Positions 1 through 10,250 of a stretch of 40,465 nt of DNA are shown piece by piece (the stretch's first letter is position 1; every line of letters starts with the position of its first letter). A program made the position numbers and the translations under genes. The stretch is from Callorhinchus milii (Eukaryota), in assembly GCF_018977255.1 (NCBI RefSeq), contig NW_024705486.1, forward strand, positions 1-40,465. Direction: 5' to 3'. The notes under the pieces were generated by a model. The model saw nothing but the letters and a program-made list of their open reading frames with translations. It was not told the DNA's origin and searched no databases.

Positions 1-46
1 TTTATTTTATTTTATACCTACATTACTTTACCGAAAGAACCAAAAA
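1..46 (+). mobile_element. 3' fragment of short Penelope-type pLTR (family B), cut by the window edge
   Basis: TTTTATT-rich tract followed by cctacattactttaccgaaagaacca, which matches the family-B tail at 625-655, 1081-1113, 7420-7450 (reverse) and 38680-38710 (reverse). Confidence 0.6.
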
Positions 47-312
47 ATTGTAACTTCAAATTATTCAGCTAAATTTGCACAGCAAGGCCACCCACTACTG
101 TGAACTACAGCAGTCTGTGTGAGACACAGCTGCACCTATCTCAAGGATAGCCTGGCGCCATGAGAATGACAGCACCAATACTAAGCACACTCACTGGCCA
201 TGTCGTTATTGCTGTTTCTATTCAGCTCGAATTAATCCGCCACACATTCCACCCACGGACGATGGGAGATGGCGATGTCTGCCGTAGCAGCAAGGTGGAA
301 CGGTGTCGTGTT

Positions 313-693
313 TGACAGACAACCATCACAGTTTTACCATGTCTAGTGGTGGTCTCCCAGTTACAGGTTGAGTCAAGACTAAGAATATGCAGTCTATTCT
401 TAGTCTTAAGCCTCACCTTACCATATTAATAAAAGTATGCGGCCCTTGCCCCACCACCTTCTCCAACCATTATATAAACGAAGTGGCAGCTTCTGCAATC
501 TCTCATTTACCTGATACAGCTGTCGTGGCTGTGACGGTTCCACCTGAAGACGGAAGCTTGTGTTGCCTCCGAAACGTCGTGATTTTTATTTTTTATGTTA
601 TTTTATTTTACTTTTTAATGTTTTTTACCTACGTGACTTTACCGAAAAAACCTAAGAATATGAATCATTGCAGTCACGAAAGCTTCAAATCTA
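313..693 (+). mobile_element. Non-autonomous Penelope-like pLTR insertion (family B) with 15-bp TSD
   Basis: Flanked by the direct repeat gaacggtgtcgtgtt (298-312 and 694-708). Contains TATATAAA (~471), a hammerhead motif (541-581), a T-rich tract and a tail encoding MNHCSHESFKS. The tail resembles the Penelope ORF start (MNNIGRESLRV in the full element at 27206). Confidence 0.75.
541..581 (+). ncRNA. Minimal type-I hammerhead ribozyme motif
   Basis: cac-CTGAAGA-c-ggaagc[ttgtgtt]gcctcc-GAAA-c-GTC-gtg. It has both core boxes, stem II with one mismatch, a palindromic ACGT stem III and a short cac/gtg stem I. Confidence 0.65.
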
Positions 694-769
694 GAACGGT
701 GTCGTGTTGTCTCTTCACAGATCTGAGCCAGCTCAGCCCTCCTCCTCACTCGTCCAGGCCTTTGAAGTG

Positions 770-1450
770 AGACAGAGGTTGTGGAGAAGGAGACGAAGGA
801 AGAGTGAAGGAGGAGATGATGGAGGATGAGTAGAGACAGAGGAGGAGGAGAAATCAGGAAGAGAAGGCAAAGGAGACGAGATTGTGATGGTGACAATGGA
901 GGAGAACACGGAGGCAGAGGAGAAAGACAATACGGAGATGGAGGACAAGGAGACAACAAATGATGAACAGATGTCTCCTTCTTGGTTCTTTCGGTAAAGT
1001 CACGTAGAAGGGAAGTAATAAAATAATAAAAATAAAACATAATAAAATTATTATGTTTTATTTTATTATTTATTACTTCCCTTCTACGTGACTTTACCGA
1101 AAGAACCAAGAAGATGAATCCCTGCAGTCACGAAAGCTTTAAATCGAAAGATGAACAGATGTCGTGGTGGAGGACATGGAGACGACGGACAAAGGGGAAA
1201 CAATGGTTGGAGGAGGAAGAGAAGACGGTGGTGGAGATGGTGGTGCCGGAAGGTGAGGAGGAGATGAAGGAGGAAGAGATGGTGCTAGCGGAGGAGAAGA
1301 AGATGGAGAAGATGGAGGTGGCGCAGGAAGAGGAGGAGGAGGTAGAGGAGATGGTGGTGGAGGATGAAGAAGAGGGGATGGAGGAGGATGAGACGGAGGA
1401 GAAAACGGAAGAGGTGCAGGTGGAGATGCACGAAAAGAAGAGGAAGCGAG
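770..1450 (+). repeat. GA-rich low-complexity tract (GAG/GGA/GAA), Glu-rich reading frame, interrupted by a pLTR insertion
   Basis: Strong purine strand bias and degenerate GAG/GAA/ATG triplets. Confidence 0.7.
976..1149. mobile_element. Palindromic (inverted) family-B pLTR insertion with 14-bp TSD
   Basis: 978-1113 is a near-perfect inverted repeat centred at ~1047. It is flanked by gatgaacagatgtc at 962-975 and 1150-1163, and ends in the MNPCSHESFKS tail. Confidence 0.75.
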
Positions 1451-2784
1451 GGGGCCTCGCTCGCGTGGCGAGAGCGATCGCCTCACTCCTCCGCCGCGTG
1501 CTGCTTTGTGGTGGCAGGTCCACCGCCCAGTAGGGGTGGTGGCGGTGGTCGTGCATCGGTGCCGACCGTGACCACTATCACCACACTACCCGCCCACCCC
1601 GTGATACTCGCTACACACACCACACGGGTCCCCAGAGAGACGGTGCAACGTTCAGGTCCAGAATACCGAAGTATACCGGGAATCACCTGTACTTAAAAAC
1701 ACGTAAATGATAACACTATAAACAATAACACTCAATATTAAACGACAAAAAAAGCTACAACTGGTTTTAGAATTTATACCACCATAAACGGAGGTACGGT
1801 ATTAAATCTAATTAGAAGTATTATAATCAACTCTCATATGTATGTAAAGCGAACGTTCCGTCGAACCGGGGTCGGATATGTGAACTGTGGGGGGTGCAGG
1901 GTTAGAATCGAATTCAAATTTAGAATAACAATATTGTCGTATTAGCATTTTACTGTGCTTGAATGTATGTTATGTGCAAATGCAAATTGTTAGTCGTAAA
2001 TGCGAGGCAGGGTTAAGAGGTGCACGTTTAATCCAGTGTTAACATTTATTTTAGCATCATATTTAAGGACATGTTGTTGATAAAATTCGTCTGGACATGC
2101 ACGTGCCTTGTTCTACTCGATCAACCAAAATTAGTACAATGTCGGTCATACAGGAGTGTGATTTCATTCATGAGTAGTATTCACAGAGCCCCGATGACAC
2201 TAACCTACCTAAGTTATGGTTAAACAAAGTAACTTGAGTGACTTAATTCTCAGCTCAGACATGATCATCGCAATCATTTCCAAAGACGTGTGGGGTCCTG
2301 CGAGAGCAGGTCCGACTACAAACAGCTGGGCAGCAGAATCGGAAGTAGCTGCGTCGCCCTCGAAATGTGATGTTGCTGCTGTTGTTGTCGCTGCTGTTGT
2401 TGCTGCTGTAGTTGCTTCTGTTGCTGTGATATACGCAGGGAGGTGGTGTTCCGTGATGGGATGACGCCTTTGATTAAAGCCTCTGATCAAACTCACCCGA
2501 TTGACGCCCTTGATCGTCGCATTTGATCAACTCTGATATTGTAGACTCTCACATGTTAAGCTCTATCATAGTGAAACATAATATTATAACCTATGAACTA
2601 CAACCTATCCATTGTAACGCTGTAAAAGAATATTACCTATTGGGTTTCACTCCCTCGTCGAGAAGGCCGCTCTCTTCCTTTTCTAAAGTTACATGCTAAT
2701 TTCTCTGCATTCACTTTAAATCGAGGACAATGTTTTTCCATTTATTCAAAATAAGCGCACAATTACACACTGAGATGCACTTAC

Positions 2785-2945
2785 ATATTCATGCATGAAG
2801 CACAATGGGCACATTACCTTCGGTATGTTAATAGACATGCGGATTGTACCTTCCAAAATTAACAATCGAATGCAAATATCCTGAAAGACAAAGGATTGGA
2901 TCCTAGGGGGGGAGTTATAAGGCGGCTCAGAAGCAGAGCTCAATG
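2785..2945 (+). promoter_or_regulatory. Putative Pol II promoter of ZNF copy 1 (Sox-type motifs, octamer, CCAAT, TATA)
   Basis: CACAATG (~2801), AACAAT 2861-2866, ATGCAAAT 2870-2877, GACAAAGG, ATTGG 2895-2899 and TTATAA 2915-2920. The block is conserved upstream of all six copies. Confidence 0.55.
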
Positions 2946-3325
2946 CCATTTCGAGAGGGAACTTGATGAGGTTGGACGCTCGACTCGTCGCTCTGCTGAT
3001 CGCCCTTCAACCGCGAGACAACGCAGCCTGGCGAGCACAATTGCTGTGTCGACAGTTAGGCGACTTTGCGTCGGGAGAGTTCGTGGCGACATCTTCAGAC
3101 GGGTTCCAGACATCGATATACCGTGAATCTCCAAGTAAGTGTCTATTTTCGCGGATAAACTCTTAAACGTGTTCGTCGTCAAATTAGCGGATTTTTTTGC
3201 GTCTCGGTTAGACGCGAGTGTCGTTCTTGTTTTAGCAGTTAACAAATCCAAACTCAACGCTAAACATCCTTGCGGCCGATAGCGTACTTTTGACTCGATA
3301 ACACCGCTGCTGTTACTACGCTCAC

Positions 3326-3927
3326 ATGGAGCAGAGACGCTCTCCACAGCCCCACGCACACGGAGGCAAGAAGCCATTCAATTGCTCTGTGTGTGGAAGC
3401 ATTTTCACGGCCATCACATCTTCAGAGACACCAGAGAACACACACGGGCGAGAAGCCATTCCTGTGCTCTGTGTGTGGGAAGGCATTTGCACACTCATCA
3501 ACTCTTCAAACCACCAGAGAACACACACGGGCGAGAAGCCATTCCTGTGCCCTGTGTGTGGGAAGACATTTGCACAGGCATCAACTCTTCAAGATCCATG
3601 AGAAAACACACACGGGCGAGAAGCCATTCCTGTGCCCTGTGTGGGAAGACATTTGCACAGTCTTCACATCTTCAGAGTCACCAGAGAACACACACGGGCG
3701 AGAAGCCATTCCTGTGCCTGCGTGTGGGAAAGACATTTTCACAGTCGTCAACTCTTTACAGGCATCAGAAGGTCCACAATGATAGGAAACTGAAATCAAA
3801 AGCTGAAATTCAAGGTGCTGCAATGAGTCCTGAAGAAGTTTCCACCTTCGATCCCATGCAGTTGGATCCCGAGAGATGGCTGGATGTAATGGAGTGGCTC
3901 GAGGATCAACCAGAGAGCTCGGGGTGA
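3326..3927 (+). pseudogene. C2H2 zinc-finger gene copy 1, ~5 fingers, frameshifted (pseudogene or sequencing indels)
   Basis: [24 protein letters not shown] start, HTGEKPF linkers split over three frames, and the shared tail ...[20 protein letters not shown] ending at TGA 3925-3927. Confidence 0.85.
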
Positions 3928-4429
3928 CTGAAAAAATATATGTCATGTGGTTATACCTATTAAGCCGTATCGAGTACTTTTGTGTGTAATTTTAGTTTTA
4001 CAGTTTTTGTGAGAGTTTAATGACGTGCACAGTGGTGGTTTGTAATGTTATGGGATTACTTGCCGAAGTGGTGTGATGAGCACTGGTTGTGAGAGGGTTC
4101 AATTGTAGTCGTTAGTGTCCTGTTGAGCTAAAGTTGGAATGCGTCTGTAGGTACATCTTTACTCAACATTTTAAACGGTTTTTTTCAAGTATATAGCTTT
4201 TTTATTGGTATTAATCGACTTTAGATAGCCGATTTCAGGATGTACATTGATGACGCGTTCGTTGGATATATGGCCTTGACTTCAACATAGACGCACAGTG
4301 AACAAATGTGGTGAACTAATAAGGAAATCATGGGGAATGATACTTTAACGCTTTGGTATTCCTGGAACGGAAATGGTTTGCATTGTACTGGAAATGTGTG
4401 AACATAGGACGTAAAAATGATTGCAGATG

Positions 4430-4435
4430 AATAAA
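4430..4435 (+). terminator. Putative polyadenylation signal of ZNF copy 1
   Basis: AATAAA ~500 nt after the stop, followed by a GT/T-rich tract. The same site is present in copy 6 (30727-30732) and in most minus-strand copies. Confidence 0.5.
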
Positions 4436-5934
4436 AACGTATTTTTAACAAATGTTTGTCCGTCTTTATTTTATAATGTTCCTAGCAAAAACATGTTAAG
4501 ATAATTTCAGGTGGAGGATCTCCGTCACACAAGTGTGCCCTTAACCGGCAGCATCTTGGCTGTCTACCCGATTAACACGTGTTCCTTGAGGGGAAAGGTC
4601 CCCGTAGTTAATCGTTCATCAACGTACCAGTCCCTAATCCCGAAGTATGTCGGGGATAAACTGTACTCTATAACATGTAAACTGTAATACTATAAACGAT
4701 AACACTAAACATTAAAGATTATAAACTAGTGTTTAATTTATAACCATATAAACGGAGGTAAGGTATTATAATATCATTAGAAGCATTAGAATCACAGTGT
4801 GGTCGTATAAGAATCGCACTCTGCTCATATGTTGTATAGGTACGTGCAAGGATTATAAAAATTATTACAATTACAACATGGTCATATTACAATCACGATT
4901 TTCACTGCTAGATGTCATCGAATAACAAAAGACGGAATATATTTATATAAATACACGCACAACATTATTAACTCATGAGATTATGAATCGTTACAATTAT
5001 TATAACAATCACAAATTGTGAAAAAGGAGAAGCAAAACACCACGCTCACGTGACGAATTCTTAAACAAACTGCAACACTGACAGAACTCAACAAAAAAAC
5101 GCCGCAATAAAAAAAACAACATCAATGGACAAATCGTAAAAACAGACAACACACGCACGTTAGTATCTGTTAGAAGAAGACAACACCTAGCACCTTCAAC
5201 TATACACATCAGCAACTCGTAAATGGGGCGGTATATGACAGCCTTCGCTGCTGTCGACGGGGCCAAGCAGCGAGTGTTTAACTCCATTGTTTCAGAATCC
5301 GTGTCATCACCCGGCCACAGCGCCTTAGCCAAACTACATCTCCAACAAGGCAGCCTTCCCTATGCTGTGTATTTTAGCAGTTATTTACGGACGCACTTGA
5401 AGATAACAATTCGTCTAGAAAAGGCAGGCGACTTGTTCTACCAACATGATTTCAATTTATATCCGAAAGAAGTATGAGTTCATTCATGAGCAGTATTCAC
5501 TAAGCCCCGATGCACTAACATACACACAGTTATGATTAATCAAAGTAAACATTATCGCTCATCCCAGCTCAGACATGATCATAGCAAATATTTCCAAATC
5601 CGTGTCGAGTCCCACGAGAACAGGGCACGTCCACAAACTTTCAAATTGTAAACTCACATTGCATACTCTAACATTATAAACTCTAACAATATAACCTTTA
5701 AACTATGAGCTATACATTGTAACGTTTTAAAATAACACTACAAACTAGTGTTATAGTAAACTAAATGTTGTGAACTCTAACAATATAAGCTATGAGCGAT
5801 ACATTTAACGCTATAAAATAACATCATAAAATAGTGTTACAGATTAGAACACCGTACATTGAAGTGTGATATTCGAATCTCATTCGAATTCTTAGCTTCA
5901 CACCGTGGTCCTCTAAGAATCACACTATGCTCGT

Positions 5935-6025
5935 AAGTATGTAACATGTCTGTATGTAATATGCATGAATATATGTATGTAATATGTATTATGTAACATG
6001 TATGTATGTAACATGTATGTATGTC
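5935..6025. repeat. (TATG/TAACATG)n simple repeat
   Basis: Repeated tatgtatgtaacatg. Related tracts lie at ~31745-31785 and ~31975-32025. Confidence 0.7.
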
Positions 6026-6303
6026 ATATGGACGTGCGAACCAAGGGTGGGATATGTGAAACGGAAGGTGCAGGATCACACTTTGGTGGTATTAGGATCA
6101 AGCTGTCCACTGCTGGATGAATGTTCCATCTCAATGGCATCAAATAGCAATATTCAGTATGACTATATAAAATAATCGCACAAACCCAACATAAGCCCCT
6201 GCAATTATGAATCGTTACAATTGTAATGACTCGTTTGATAAAAGTATTTGATCAAAGTTTGTTATCCCATCACGGAACACCACTGGAACTGAAGCATATT
6301 AAG

Positions 6304-6429
6304 CAGCAACAACAGCAGCAGCGACAACAGCAACAACTGCAACAGCAGCAGCAACAACAGCAGCAACAAATGCAACAGCAACAACTGCAGCAACTGCAGC
6401 AGCAACAACTGCAACAGCAACAACTGCAA
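6304..6429 (+). repeat. CAG/CAA trinucleotide microsatellite (poly-Gln frame)
   Basis: About 42 codons of CAG/CAA/CTG. Shorter versions occur in the related module at 2370-2425, 10608-10650, 15720-15735 and 27925-27942. Confidence 0.85.
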
Positions 6430-7416
6430 CACCTTCAGAGATGCTGCGTCCTGCGGCACCATCCAGGCGAAGAAATGGAAAGAGCAGAGCCCGAATCGAC
6501 GGCTGCCACCCGAACATCGGCAGCTGTAGATAGCGTGATTCTAATAGGACCACGTTGTTATTATACTAATTGATGACATTCTAAACCGAGAACCTCCCAG
6601 TTTGCATTTACGACTCCCAATGCGCATCTACATATAACATACATACGAGCTCAGTGTAATTTTAATACCACCATAGTGTTATTTTAATAATTTTCATTGA
6701 ATTCCTAATCCTGCACGCCCCAGTTAGCATACATATTACAGTTCACATGCCCAGTACACTATTATACAAATGTAGAGAAGTTCCCAGGACGCACTCGGAG
6801 ACGAATGTGAGGTGTAAGGGCTGTCGCCGAGGGTTTATTAAAGTTATTGACATACACCAGGTGTACCAACTTCCCAGGGTGAGGGTGCCGGGCTCGGTCC
6901 CACTGGTCCCCCCGACACAGTCGGCTGCCCCGTGCTGCCTCCTCTGCGCCGGCCGTGGGCTCGGCCAACACGGCCGGCCGAGGAGCGCAGCCACCTCCAG
7001 CCCTGGCGCTGCGCTCTTTCCTATCCCGACTCCCTTGCCCCTGGCTCCCCGTTCCACCTGACTCCGAGCCCCGACTTCTGCACAGACCCCATGTTGTTGC
7101 TGCTTAATATGCTTCAGTTCCAGTGGTGTTCCGTGATGGGATAACAAACTTTGATCAAATACTTTTATCAAACGAGTCATTACAATTGTAACGATTCATT
7201 ATTGCACGGGCTTATATTGGGTTTGTGCGATTATTTTATATATACATACTGAATATTGCTATTTGATGCCATTTAGATGGAACATTCATCCAGCAGTGAA
7301 AAGCTTGATACCAATACCACCAAAGTGTTATTCAAATAATTTTAATCCCATCCTGATCCTGCACGTTCCGTTTCACATATCCAACCCTTGGTTCGCACGT
7401 CCATATTACATACATA

Positions 7417-7640
7417 CATCTTCTTGGTTCTTTCGGTAAAGTCACGTAGAAGGGAGGTAATCAAATAATAAAAATAAAACATAATAAAATAATTCTCACG
7501 ACGTTTCGGCCACAATGTAAGCAGCCGTCCTCAGGTGAAAACCAGGTCTGTCGGAGAGACAGCGTCTGAATGAAACACCACCAGGCTTGGAGCGTATATT
7601 AAAGCTGGGTTGGAAGGGGGGAAGAGCGCCTTAACAAAAT
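7417..7640 (-). mobile_element. Family-B Penelope pLTR fragment
   Basis: 7420-7490 matches the reverse strand of the element at 978-1113 and continues into a hammerhead motif. It lies at the junction between the inner and outer palindrome arms. Confidence 0.7.
7493..7541 (-). ncRNA. Minimal type-I hammerhead ribozyme (best-formed copy)
   Basis: Minus strand reads ttttcac-CTGAGGA-c-ggctgc[ttacatt]gtggcc-GAAA-c-GTC-gtgagaa. Stem I is 7 bp, stem II is 6 bp (with GU pairs), the core is intact and the cleavage triplet is GUC. Confidence 0.8.
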
Positions 7641-8915
7641 AATTGTGTTGTCTGTTTTTACGATTTGTCCATTGATGTTGTTTTTTTTATTGCGGCGTTT
7701 TTTTGTTGAGTTCTGTCACTTGAGTATTGCAGTTTGTTTAAGAATTCGTCACGTGAGCGTGGTGTTTTGCTTGTGGGAATTTCGCTTTGTCACAATTTGT
7801 GATTTTTTAATAATTGTCACCATTCATAATCTGATGAGTTTATAATGGGTTTGTGCGTGTATTTATATAAATGTATTCCGTCTTTTGTTATTCGATGACA
7901 TCTAGCAGTGAAAATCGTGATTGTAATATGACCATGTTGTAATTGTAATACTTTTTATCCGATCCTTGCACGTACAATATACATACATTTGAACAGTGTT
8001 AGATTCTTATACGACCACACTGTGATTCTAATGCTATAATAATACCTTACCTCCGTTTATATGGTTATGAATTAAAACACTAGCTTATAATCGTTTAATG
8101 TTTAGTGTTATAGTTTATAGTATTACGGTTTACATGTTATAAAGTATAGTTTATCCCCGACATACTTCGGGATTAGGGACTGGTACGTTGATGAAAGATT
8201 AACTACGGGGAACTTTCCCCTCAAGGAACACGTGTTAATCGGTAGACAGCCAAGATACTGCCGGTTAAGGACACACTTGTGTGACGGAGATCCTACACCT
8301 GAATTCTCTTAACATGTTTTTCTAGGAACATTATGAAATAAAGACCGGACAAACATTTGTTAAAAATACGTTTTTATTCATCTGCAATCATTTTTACGTC
8401 AAAACTCGAATGGAATATTTATTACGTCCTATGTTCACACATTTCCAGTACAATGCAAACCATTTCCGTTCCAGGAATACCAAAGCGTTAAAATATAATT
8501 CCCCATGATTTCCTTATTAGTTCACCACATTTGTTCACTGTGCGTCTATGTTGAAGTCAAGGCCATATATCCAACGAACGCGTCATCAATGTCATGAAAT
8601 CGGTTATCTAAAGTCGATTAATACCAATAAAAAAGCTATATACTTGAAAAAACCCGTTTAAAATGTTGAGTAAAGATGTACCTACAGACGCATTCCAACT
8701 TTAGCTCAACAGGAACACCAAACGACTACAATTCAACCCTCTCACAGCCAGTGCTCATCACACCACTTCGACAAGTAATCCGATAACATTACAAACCACC
8801 ACTGTGCACGTAATTAAACTCTCAAAAAACTGTAAAACTAAAATGGTCAAAATTACACACAAAAGTACTCGATACGGCTTAAAAGGTATAACCACATGAC
8901 GTAATATTTTTTCAG

Positions 8916-9767
8916 TCACCCCGAGCTCTCGGTTTGATCCTCGAGCCACTCCATTACATCCAGCCATCTCTCGGATCCAACTGCATGGGATCGAAGGTGG
9001 AAATTCTTCAGGACTCATTGCAGCACCTTGAATTTCAGCTTTTGATTTCAGTTTCCTATCATTGTGGACCTTCTGATGCCTGTTAAGAGTTGACTGACTG
9101 TGCAAATGCCTTCCCACACACAGAGCACAGGAATGGCTTCTCGCCCGTGTGTGTTCTCTGATGACTCTGAAGATGTGATGAGTGCAAATGTCTTCCCACA
9201 CACAGAGCACAGGAATGGCTTCTCGCCCGTGTGTGTTCTCTGATGACTCTGAAGATGTGATGACTTGCAAATGTCTTCCCACACACAGGCACAGGAATGG
9301 CTTCTCGCCCGTGTGTGTTCTCTGATGGTCTTGAAGAGTTGATGAGTGTGCAAATGCCTTCCCACACACAGGGCACAGGAATGGCTTCTCGCCCGTGTGT
9401 GTTCTCTGATGACTCTGAAGAGTGATGACTGTGCAAATGTCTTCCCACACACAGGGCACAGGAATGGCTTCTCGCCCGTGTGTGTTCTCTGATGACTCTG
9501 AAGATGTGATGACTGTGCAAATGTCTTCCCACACACAGGGCACAGGAATGGCTTCTCGCCCGTGTGTGTTCTCTGATGACTCTGAAGATGTGATGACTGT
9601 GCAAATGTCTTCCCACACACAGAGCACAGGAATGGCTTCTCGCCCGTGTGTGTTCTCTGGTGTCTCTGAAGATGTGATGGCCGTGAAAATGACTTCCCAC
9701 ACACAGAGCAATTGAATGGCTTCTTGCCTCCGTGTGCGTGGGGCTGTGGAGAGCGTCTCTGCTCCAT
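8916..9767 (-). pseudogene. C2H2 zinc-finger gene copy 2, ~8 fingers, frameshifted
   Basis: Same N-terminus. The first 3 fingers are in frame, followed by several 1-2 nt indels. The family tail and stop lie at 8916-8918. Confidence 0.85.
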
Positions 9768-10089
9768 GTGAGCGTAGTAACAGCAGCGGTGTTATCGAGT
9801 CAAAAGTACGCTATCGGCCGCAAGGATGTTTAGCGTTGAGTTTTGGATTTTGTTAACTGCTAAAACAAGAACGAGTTTATCCGCGAAAATAGACACTTAC
9901 TTGGAGATTCACGGTATATCGATGTCTGGAACCCGTCTGAAGATGTCGCCACGAACTCTCCCGACGCAAAGTCGCCTAACTGTCGACACAGCAATTGTGC
10001 TCGCCAGGCTGCGTTGTCTCGCGGTTGAAGGGCGATCAGCAGAGCGACGAGTCGAGCGTCCAACCTCATCAAGTTCCCTCTCGAAATGG

Positions 10090-10250
10090 CATTGAGCTCT
10101 GCTTCTGAGCCGCCTTATAACTCCCCCCTAGGATCCAATCCTTTGTCTTTCAGGATATTTGCATTCGATTGTTAATTTTGGAAGGTACAATCCGCATGTC
10201 TATTAACATACCGAAGGTAATGTGCCCATTGTGCTTCATGCATGAATATG
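10090..10250 (-). promoter_or_regulatory. Putative promoter of ZNF copy 2
   Basis: TTATAA 10115-10120, octamer 10157-10164, ATTGTT 10168-10173. Confidence 0.5.

Noticed and set aside
1114..1533. 139-aa Glu-rich ORF with KKRKR
   Set aside because: Its ATG and first 11 codons come from the pLTR tail and the rest is low-complexity. It could be part of a decayed gene but is not supportable as a CDS.
2940..3377. Recurrent antisense ORF (…SAKIDTYLEIHGISMSGTRLKMSPRTL…) upstream of each ZNF
   Set aside because: Recurrence is explained by recent DNA duplication. Starts and lengths differ among copies and there is no recognisable domain.
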